A DNA stretch of 64,000 nt from Epithemia pelagica (lineage: Eukaryota; Protista; Bacillariophyta), in the NCBI GenBank assembly GCA_946965045.2, contig OX337229.1, positions 1,612,001 to 1,676,000 on the forward strand, written 5' to 3'. The translations under genes were made by a program, and so were the position numbers. This document shows positions 56,297 through 64,000 of the stretch, piece by piece; within the stretch, counting starts at the first letter, position 1, and each line of letters begins with the position of its first letter. The notes beneath the pieces are model-generated. The model searched no databases. It worked only from the letters and a program-made list of their open reading frames with translations, and had not been told where the DNA came from.

Positions 56297-56822
56297 ATAT
56301 CTACTGATGGACGTTTTAGGTATCCTTAATCACTAAATATGAATCGATTTGTCATCATGGTACTTGTAGTGCTTCTACAGTCGTTCTTGTTGTGATTATC
56401 ATTATTGTCGTCGTCCAAGTCCTCGTCATTGTCGTGGCTATCATTGTCGTCGTTGTATTGTAGTCGTCCTTGTTGTAGCTATCATCGCTCATCCCGTTTG
56501 TCCTCTTCATCATCGTTATGGTCGTGATTGTCATGGTCATCATCATCGTCATCGTCGTCATCCAGCTTCCCAGTGTCGGCAGTTGGGTCCCGGTTTGCGG
56601 GCGCGTCTCGTATGGATGTACGAGGGAGTTCGTGATTGGTCCCAGACGAGCTATGATTCTTATCTCATATTTTGCGTTTTCGACACTTCATGGAAACAAA
56701 CACGACAATGTACTAAAGTATAATATGAAGGAATAAACTAATAAATCTTAATGTCATACTGCAACTCAACGTACCATGGTATTCTTTTTCAACAATAACA
56801 CACTTTCACCACGAGGAAAGAT

Positions 56823-59672
56823 CTAAGTTTGATCGGCTTCTTTGCTCGCGATCTTCTTACCAGGTTTATAATTCGCGGCCACAAGCACCTTACGAGGATT
56901 GTCACTTAGGACGCAAACACGCTTGTCCCCGACCCAAAGCTTAACCCCAACGAGCCCACTTCGGCGAACACCAGGGATGTCTTTGTCATGGAAGTAGTAG
57001 TCGGAAAGCCTGCTTTCTCCAGAAGGAAGGTTGTAGGTGTTCTTTGGCATGGGATCGTGAACGGTCCCATCTTTTCCTTGGTACACGTAGAAATGTGCAC
57101 GTGGATTCCCCATCTCCCCAGTCTTAAAGCCACCAGCATGGACAGTATCTCCTCGAACGAGGAGAAACGTGCCATATGGGATATGTACCACTTTACCCAG
57201 CTCGTTCATATAATCCTTGTGCTTCTCACCGCGGAAACTCCACAATTCAACGGACATACCCTCCTCCGCCAGGGGCATGAAAACAATAAAAGGCATGCGT
57301 TCCCGGAGTGGCAGATCTGCATTCGCTCTCCGAGTCTTTTTGATTGGTTGCTTCCCGGAGGGCGTTTTGGGACCTTCGGACATGTTCCCTGTTACGCTCT
57401 GGAACAAGAAGTCGATGTGAGGTTCTTGAACTTTTGCCTCTGTGGTCTTCATGAACGAAAGGTGAATGTTGATTTGGTCCGCAAATGAATCATCTTTTGC
57501 GTAGTTCATCCCATAGAGAGCTGAGGCAAGCAGCTGCTTGAAATTGGCCGTGACCTTTGCAGCATGTTCGGGGTTAACGTGGCCGAAGTACCGAATGTTG
57601 GACACCATTCCCTCATGTTCCATCATTGCCATCAACAAATTTGGTGTGTAGTCTTGAACAGATTTGAAAAATTTGCCCTTTCCTTTCTGGTCCAAGCCTG
57701 TGCTGTGCCACGCATTCTCCAACATTTCGAGGAGATCTGGCGGAGTTGTCAAAAAATATCCTCGATACATTTTGTTTTCAATATCGTAAAGCCATTTGAA
57801 ATACTTCGAGCGCAATTCTCTATGTAACAACTTCATTTTCTCGAAACGCTCATTCTCCTTCGCTTTCGCATCGATCGCTTCCATCTCCTCAAAAATACTA
57901 TCCGTGTCATCTTCTGCCATTACCACTGGTACGAACATTCCAGTACTAGGGCTGGGATTGGCTTGAGTGGCGGGTTGAGCTTGTGCTGCAGGTAGGACGG
58001 GACTGCTGGGAAGGAGCACGGGTTGAGCTTGTGCTGCAGGTGGGATGGGATTGCTCGGAAGGAGGTGGGGTGAGCCTTCGACCGGCTGGGTCGTGCGTTG
58101 TTGTTGCTGCTGATGATTGAGCGATGAAGGTAGAGTCCCCCCGTAACCTCCATAGTTGGGTTGATTGTAGGACGGAGGATGTCCATGGTACTGCGGCGGA
58201 GGATGACTCGTCGGAGGATGAGGATAATGCGGCGGAGGATAAGGATAATGCGGCGGAGGATGATGATTGTACTGCGGCGGAGGGTAATTGTACTGCGGCG
58301 GAGGATAATTGTACTGCGGCGGAGGATGGTGATAATATTGCGGAGGATAATGCGGCGGCAGCTGAGGGGGCGAATTGTAGTGCTCAGAAACGTATTGCGG
58401 AGGAGGCGGAGAAGGAGGACGAGCAACAGTAGCAACTGGACGGAAAACAGTAGAAGGAGAAGTTAAGACAGGCTTCTTTGTTTTTTTCCCGTCGTCTTCA
58501 TTTTCATCACTGGGTCGACCGCGTTTCTTTCCCTCGTTTTCGTCGTCGTCACCTTTCGTCGACGGTCGGATAACCTGTTCGGAGGACGTCGGCGATTCGT
58601 CCGTAAGGTTATAAAACAAAGACAGCTCGTCGCCCGGCTCAATATTTTTGATTGCCTTAACTAGAAGATTCGGCATGATTCTCACGTTGTAACCGTCGTC
58701 CGATTCATCCGGTGGATTGTCTGTACCGTACAGATGGTGTTGGTGGTCGTTGATTAAGTGCAGCCCCATGCCGAAGTGATCGTCGTTGTCTGCTTGAAGC
58801 CTTCGATTGTCACGTCCGAACTGAATCGCGTACTCGTTGGGTACAACTGTCCGAGACGTGACGTCGTTTCCCGTGTACGCACCAATCACTTCACCATCTT
58901 TGATTGTCCGAACTGCAAAAACGCCAAACCCGGCGCCTGGGAGTTTTGACTCCTTCACCTCAAACAGAAGCATTTTTCCAAGGTAGATCTTGACTACCGG
59001 ATTGTTCGCAAATGTGTAACCGACATGCTTGCCGATCGGGAAGGTATGTTTTCTGTTCTTCTTGACAGGGAGACCCATTCCACTCGAAAGTGGCACAATC
59101 TTCCCCTTTAGCAAGCCAGAACCGGGCTTCCGAATTGGAGCTTCTTGGACCGAAAAAGTGGCCGAAATCTTCCGTGAGACATACTCTCCCATAGCACAGG
59201 CAAGTACAGCACTGTCTTTGATCTTGGAGAGCGTCTTGAGGCCTTCGGTGAAAGTCCTGATTGGATCCCGTCCAGAACGAGAAGGGAGTTTCTCCACTTC
59301 CTCGATGCCTTTCTTGTAGTCCTCTGTGCGCGTATCGATGAGGAGCTGCCGCATTTGAGTTTCCGAATACTGTTTGCTGTGGTCCTTCTCTGGATGGCCA
59401 CGCCGAACATCTGCAAGCTTTTTATCCTTCACTTCGGCAAAGTCTTGATCCGAAAGAAACCGATGGTGCTTTGTTGTTGTCGCTTCGTCTGTTGCTGCTG
59501 CTTCGGGTGCTGCGGCTGCTGCTGCTTCGGGCGCCGCTGCTGCTTTGGCTGACTGCTCTTCCGCTGCATCTATTGCAAGTATAAGAGCGTCAAGATTTCC
59601 TTTGTCACTCATGCTGTCTCGTTTTTGAGCGCCTGCTTTTGAATACTGTTTCTTAGGGCTTGGTTTCCCCAT
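56823..59672 (-). CDS. Cargo protein, 949 aa: SET domain + Pro/Tyr/His-rich linker + 2OG-Fe(II) dioxygenase domain
   Basis: SET motifs VKESKLPGAGFGVFA, GEVIGAYTG, HLIND, AIKNIEPGDELSLFYN (about 58958-58608); dioxygenase motifs QEPHID (H at 57417-19), GDTVHAGG (H at 57138-40), NPRAHFYV (R at 57099-101). Confidence 0.8.
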   Translation of the reverse strand: MGKPSPKKQYSKAGAQKRDSMSDKGNLDALILAIDAAEEQSAKAAAAPEAAAAAAPEAAATDEATTTKHHRFLSDQDFAEVKDKKLADVRRGHPEKDHSKQYSETQMRQLLIDTRTEDYKKGIEEVEKLPSRSGRDPIRTFTEGLKTLSKIKDSAVLACAMGEYVSRKISATFSVQEAPIRKPGSGLLKGKIVPLSSGMGLPVKKNRKHTFPIGKHVGYTFANNPVVKIYLGKMLLFEVKESKLPGAGFGVFAVRTIKDGEVIGAYTGNDVTSRTVVPNEYAIQFGRDNRRLQADNDDHFGMGLHLINDHQHHLYGTDNPPDESDDGYNVRIMPNLLVKAIKNIEPGDELSLFYNLTDESPTSSEQVIRPSTKGDDDENEGKKRGRPSDENEDDGKKTKKPVLTSPSTVFRPVATVARPPSPPPPQYVSEHYNSPPQLPPHYPPQYYHHPPPQYNYPPPQYNYPPPQYNHHPPPHYPYPPPHYPHPPTSHPPPQYHGHPPSYNQPNYGGYGGTLPSSLNHQQQQQRTTQPVEGSPHLLPSNPIPPAAQAQPVLLPSSPVLPAAQAQPATQANPSPSTGMFVPVVMAEDDTDSIFEEMEAIDAKAKENERFEKMKLLHRELRSKYFKWLYDIENKMYRGYFLTTPPDLLEMLENAWHSTGLDQKGKGKFFKSVQDYTPNLLMAMMEHEGMVSNIRYFGHVNPEHAAKVTANFKQLLASALYGMNYAKDDSFADQINIHLSFMKTTEAKVQEPHIDFLFQSVTGNMSEGPKTPSGKQPIKKTRRANADLPLRERMPFIVFMPLAEEGMSVELWSFRGEKHKDYMNELGKVVHIPYGTFLLVRGDTVHAGGFKTGEMGNPRAHFYVYQGKDGTVHDPMPKNTYNLPSGESRLSDYYFHDKDIPGVRRSGLVGVKLWVGDKRVCVLSDNPRKVLVAANYKPGKKIASKEADQT
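58140..58410 (-). repeat. Coding minisatellite, ~21-bp units encoding PPPQYNY/PPPHYP
   Basis: Repeated GGCGGAGG...TGTACTGC units on the + strand. Confidence 0.85.
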
Positions 59673-60083
59673 GGTCGAAACGCAAAAACTCGAAACACGA
59701 AACACAAGAAACACGAAACGCAGCATTCTCCTCAGCCCTCAGCCCACATTCCAAAAAAAAATCTTGAGCTCACATACTAAAAAACGGTGAAGTTTTGGTA
59801 TGTGGGCTGAGTTACTTAAGGATTTGCGTGCCAGTTTTGCGATGCGTGCGCGTTTTCGGAGAGGGAGGCGTGTTTCGCGCGAGGTCTGCTCCGAAAATCG
59901 TCCATTTTCTCGCTCTCTCACATTTTCGAGGTACTTACAAACTGATAATCCAACACGCAACACGAGCACGCAACACGGAAGTGATCATTGATACCAATAA
60001 CTGACAAGAAATACATTCAATAAAATGGATTGCTGTTATAAATAGTTAAGTTACATGCATTTTGATGATAAATGGAGATTAGA

Positions 60084-63000
60084 TCAGGTTTCTACTGCAC
60101 CAGATCCTTGCGTTTCTCTCCAGAGACGTGAGATGAAGCCATGATCTTGGTCGAAGGCGGATCGGTGACACTTGATTGCTTTTGACATCTTTTCAATTTC
60201 GGCATACGAGAGGCCCGCAGCTGCATAGTCGCTGTTGTTGGAATTTTGATCGTATAACAAGTACGCGAGCATATAGCGACGTGCCTTTGCTGACATTTTC
60301 CGCATGATTTCGGGTGTTGTTTTCTTCAGGCTCGCTGTCAAACATCGTAAAAAGGCAGCTTTGTCTTTCTTCTCATTCAGTGAGAAAGCACGAAAGACTT
60401 TTTTTGAGTAACCCCAGCCATACTCGATCCCCTCACCGGCCATTTCACAGTGATACTTGGTCGATACGAGAATCTCGATCCTGCAACGATGTCGTTCAGA
60501 CAAGTCTTCCGCCAGCTTCTCCATTGCAGATTTTTCGTTCTTGAAATCGGAGCATTCGCTCATCAGATGAACCATAGAGTACTTTTTGTAGTCCGCCTGA
60601 TAGGCTTCTTTCACAGTCTTCTTATCCGCTTCCAACCATGCATCTCTGGTTGTCTTGACGTACTTGATCATGTTGTTAGGGTCTATCCACCCCCGCTCCC
60701 ATAACACTTGAAAGAGCCCTTTTGCATTATTCATCCAGCCTTCCTCGATCACATCATCTTCAATCACCGTTGCAATGTTGGAGCGTTTACAAAGGTCCTG
60801 TAGTTCACCAGCATTTTTCGATTGAAATGAACGTTGCATTCCAGGTCCCATGACCCGGACAAGTTTTGCCATGAGCTCCTTCTTTGTGAGGTTGCGCTTT
60901 TTCTTTCTACCAGTTCGGTGTGTATTCTTCGATGCGACACGCTGCGCGTCATTGAGACGATGGCCTTTTTTAGCAACTGGACCACGATCGTTCTCCTGAT
61001 AGACGAGGTGTTGTACGTCACCAACTCGTAGTTTGTCGTCATGGTTGTACGGGCCAAGGCAAGCTTGATCAATAATTTGTGTGTCCCGCATGCTGGGAAC
61101 AGCTCCTCCCCAGTCGTTATTCATGTTCAGAGCATTTAACCCATCGGATTGTTGTTTTCCATGACCACTGCTTTGGTCGAACAAAAAGACAAAGTCATGG
61201 GCGGGGAACATGACCACGAGGCAATCGACAATATCCTCCAACTGCAAGGCCATGTATTCATAATTCCAATATCCCTCTTTATCTGCTCCGTATTCAAAAA
61301 AGCGAGTGAACGGTTGGGCATTGGTAATTGGAGTCTTGGCAGTGTGACCATTGAGGTTCACTGCAGCCTCGGTAGAGACGTATTTGTTGTGTGTCGCATG
61401 TAGACGGAGTTCATTAATCCGAAATAGACTCGCAGCAAGCAACGGGTTTCCGTTCATAAGGAAGCCCCATGATCGGCTTACAAAAGCGCTGATCATCATC
61501 CCATGTCCATCATCCTTTGGCAGCATTTTAGTTGCGCCATCTTTAGTGTACCATGCCTTAGACGAGAAGGAAAACTGCTTGTAGATCGATTCGTCCTGGC
61601 CGATGAGGATGACAGGTTTGCGGTCGGAGGGAAACCTGTGTGACAAGTTTCCATTGTGAATTGTGTTTTCTGGTTTGATGTACCGTTCAAATTCGCTTGG
61701 GAAGGCATCAACATGGTACTCCCGCATCTGCTTGCCTGTTGTTACATCAGTGTACTCAAATACAAAGCTGTTTGGCAAGAGCTTCTCCTTGCCCGCATTC
61801 CCTTCGTTTTCAAGTTTGATTGCATCCTCGGTAGGGAGCTGCACCCACCGATACGACAGCTCTTCCCACTTAAAGTACTTCTTGACAAAAGCAGCTCTGT
61901 GGGCAACATTCTCAGCATTTTCGTGTCGATCAGTGAAGTATGTTTTCGTGTGTTCCTTGAACACGAGCCCTGCAGCAGCAATACATCGCCACGCTGTGCT
62001 TTGCGAAATGGTGGAAAGCTTCATCGATGCCAAGAAGGCCTCGTACGATACTGGCGTTGCATTCGTATCCATGCACTCTTGTACGATCATGGTATGCATA
62101 TCCGGAAGCAATGTTGTCCTCAGGTACATTAGAGCAGACTCTGTTGTAAGAGTGCTCAGGTTTTCCTTTGCCCAGCATTCAAACTTTACCTTTGCTTCAG
62201 GTATGTGAACGAATAAGACGGGCGATGGCTCTTTCCCAATATGAACGTGGTAGTTGGGATGAGGGAAACTGTCGTTTTCCCGAAAGTACCTGTGAAAACG
62301 AGCAATGGTCTTGGGATGTTTTTTTACTTTTTCACCATAAATCTGTTCCATTTTGCTTATGGCTTCGCTTATGCAGTTCAGCCATGTACGACCGTGTGGC
62401 ATATCAAGCAACGCTATCTTATAAGAAAGTTGTAAATACGTTGCCTTGAGCAGTACCCTCTGTTGCTGTTCCTGGTTGGGGGGGAAGATGTCTCCCTTGT
62501 TAACCACATTCGGAAGTGCCTCCACGTTGGAAATGGCCCTTTCAAGGGTTTCTATCCATCGCTCAAGATTTCGTTTTGACGATCCTGGAGAATCGCATTT
62601 GCCGGCAAAGAGCCTACGGTTCCTTGGCTCATCAAAACAGGCGCTTTCCATTTGTTGCGATAGACCTTGGATCATCTCACTCTCGAAAACTGAAAAACCA
62701 ATCGGCAAACTCTGTGGATGGTCATGGCCGATTTCGTCTGTGGCCAATTCAGGATGTTGGATTGCTCCAACAAGCACCTGATTTGTGTTGTCGTGAGGTG
62801 GTGACGTTTGCATTTCGGTAGGGCTGTCTCCAATTTGTGGCGGTTGACCATGTTGCTGCGTTGCAGTGCTCTTCATTGCTGGTGGTGTTGTAGTGTTTCT
62901 TGCTTGCTTGGATACAGTTGCCGTGCCTTCATGTACCCCTGGTGAGTCTTCGTTCCTTCGCTTCGTTGGCTTCTCTCGTCCCGACCGCCGAATCACATTC

Positions 63001-63350
63001 TCGGCTGCAGCCTCCAGCCATTCTTGGTGATCGTTCAACATCACTGGCAGTTTTGTTGTGTCGGAGCTTATATACAAGAATGTGTATCTTTGTTTATTGA
63101 TTGTGATTTTGTGGCGGTACCAGCCAAACTTGTTTGGTTCCGACACCTCATTTTCGAAAATGGGTTTAAGGACAATGTCTCTAGAGAAAAGAGAATTCAA
63201 TCTGATTGTCGACAGTCCTGGCAACCAAGTTCTCAGGTATCCTACAATCTCGGTGTCTTGGATCCACTTGTTGCAGAATCCGAACGAGGATCGGGTGCAT
63301 CGCGTCTTAAAGACGTCAAGAATATCTTTCCCAGAAAAATTTCGTTCCAT
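60084..63350 (-). CDS. Large DDE transposase (1088 aa), IS630/Tc1/mariner-like, D138D250E
   Basis: GQDES (D at 61593-95), FLFDQSSGH (D at 61176-78), KYHCEMAGEGIEYGWG (E at 60423-25); upstream HTH-like ISQSTAWR and YFTDRHE motifs; uninterrupted ORF. Confidence 0.88.
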   Translation of the reverse strand: MERNFSGKDILDVFKTRCTRSSFGFCNKWIQDTEIVGYLRTWLPGLSTIRLNSLFSRDIVLKPIFENEVSEPNKFGWYRHKITINKQRYTFLYISSDTTKLPVMLNDHQEWLEAAAENVIRRSGREKPTKRRNEDSPGVHEGTATVSKQARNTTTPPAMKSTATQQHGQPPQIGDSPTEMQTSPPHDNTNQVLVGAIQHPELATDEIGHDHPQSLPIGFSVFESEMIQGLSQQMESACFDEPRNRRLFAGKCDSPGSSKRNLERWIETLERAISNVEALPNVVNKGDIFPPNQEQQQRVLLKATYLQLSYKIALLDMPHGRTWLNCISEAISKMEQIYGEKVKKHPKTIARFHRYFRENDSFPHPNYHVHIGKEPSPVLFVHIPEAKVKFECWAKENLSTLTTESALMYLRTTLLPDMHTMIVQECMDTNATPVSYEAFLASMKLSTISQSTAWRCIAAAGLVFKEHTKTYFTDRHENAENVAHRAAFVKKYFKWEELSYRWVQLPTEDAIKLENEGNAGKEKLLPNSFVFEYTDVTTGKQMREYHVDAFPSEFERYIKPENTIHNGNLSHRFPSDRKPVILIGQDESIYKQFSFSSKAWYTKDGATKMLPKDDGHGMMISAFVSRSWGFLMNGNPLLAASLFRINELRLHATHNKYVSTEAAVNLNGHTAKTPITNAQPFTRFFEYGADKEGYWNYEYMALQLEDIVDCLVVMFPAHDFVFLFDQSSGHGKQQSDGLNALNMNNDWGGAVPSMRDTQIIDQACLGPYNHDDKLRVGDVQHLVYQENDRGPVAKKGHRLNDAQRVASKNTHRTGRKKKRNLTKKELMAKLVRVMGPGMQRSFQSKNAGELQDLCKRSNIATVIEDDVIEEGWMNNAKGLFQVLWERGWIDPNNMIKYVKTTRDAWLEADKKTVKEAYQADYKKYSMVHLMSECSDFKNEKSAMEKLAEDLSERHRCRIEILVSTKYHCEMAGEGIEYGWGYSKKVFRAFSLNEKKDKAAFLRCLTASLKKTTPEIMRKMSAKARRYMLAYLLYDQNSNNSDYAAAGLSYAEIEKMSKAIKCHRSAFDQDHGFISRLWRETQGSGAVET

Positions 63351-64000
63351 CCTGTTGTAGACCGTGTTGCGTGGGATGAGTTGGATGATCGAATTATTGA
63401 GGATGATGCCAACCGTTTGAGATGTTGCCCCATTTGGGGTGGTTCAAGTAAACCCTAAAGCATCCGGATGCAGCTCGGCAACATCTCGAACGGTTGGGAT
63501 GGCCCTCCACCATGGTCGTTAGACAACAACCGTTTTTTCATCATTTTCGACGGAATTCTAGCGTTCGGAAGCTGTCACACATCACGGTACGAAACAAAAA
63601 ATTTATTATTCAGACACTGGGTTGTCACGAGTCGGACACTTTCATTCACTAGTCAGGCCAAACGCTATTGAGGATTATATTTTATGGTACTAAATCTACG
63701 AGGGGTCTACGTCAGGAACATACTCCCTGAACTCAGCTTGTACTCCCTATCAAGCTGTGTAGGTAGTGAGAAATTCCTGGAAGCCATGTCACAAAGTGTC
63801 ACACAAGTGTCACACACGAGAGGGAAACCGCGCGACTCTCACGAAACTACTTCCCGGTCGTACAAAAAATTCCTACTGTAGTATAAAAATGTGAGACGAA
63901 CTACCTACACAGTCTGGTATGGAGTTAGTAGAAAGCTATGAGTAGTAGAGGAGTAGAGGAGTTCTACGTTCTCTACTGCTCCGTTTTGTGGAAAGAGCTG

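Larger units (their letters stand above)
54018..63740 (-). mobile_element. Large (9,723 bp) IS630/Tc1/mariner-type DNA transposon carrying cargo genes
   Basis: 34-bp TIRs CAAGCTGAGTTCAG....ATGTTCCTGACGTAG at 54018-54051 and 63707-63740 (3 mismatches); TA at 54016-17 and 63741-42; DDE transposase inside. Confidence 0.9.

Noticed and set aside
57050-57480. Specific TET/JBP or JmjC assignment for the cargo dioxygenase
   Set aside because: Only the generic HxD...H...R pattern is visible; subfamily cannot be decided without profile or structure searches.
56823-63350. SETMAR-like SET-transposase fusion
   Set aside because: The transposase stops at 60084, 411 bp before the SET gene ATG; order and separation indicate two genes.
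1-64000. tRNA, rRNA or snRNA genes
   Set aside because: No cloverleaf, rRNA or snRNA signature recognised by eye; a covariance-model scan would be needed to exclude them.

Overview
Eukaryotic, gene-dense window that looks like a pennate-diatom (stramenopile) nuclear genome. The organism call is inferred from short GT-AG introns, bipartite plastid presequences, a CoDi-like copia element and a presequence-bearing PEPC. Left end (1-5.1 kb): 3' half of a degenerate Ty1/copia element with its 3' LTR, a truncated glycerol-kinase fragment, an orphan ORF and two inverted 10-bp tandem arrays. Middle (5.4-50.2 kb): about 20 host genes (plastid FtsZ, MET1-like TPR, KDEL-tailed peroxiredoxin, LON-N protein, Yip1, BTB protein, PPWD1, zf-GRF calpain, PEPC, PhyH dioxygenase, lipase maturation factor, HNH-like ORF, GNAT, VPS4, FYVE-lipase3-FYVE, RUS/DUF647, double-HMG factor, Tyr/Lys-rich secreted protein, two ARM proteins). 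Right end (51.1-63.7 kb): a stack of TA-flanked DNA transposons, namely an intact plant-type mariner (DD42D), a 170-bp mini-element, a 594-bp MITE and a 9,723-bp element. The 9,723-bp element is the main finding. It has 34-bp TIRs and TA flanks, and encodes a 1088-aa IS630/Tc1/mariner-type transposase with a 250-residue D-to-E spacing. Its cargo includes a protein that appears to fuse a SET domain to a 2OG-Fe(II) dioxygenase, plus two orphan genes. All domain calls are motif recognition by eye; no database searches were run.
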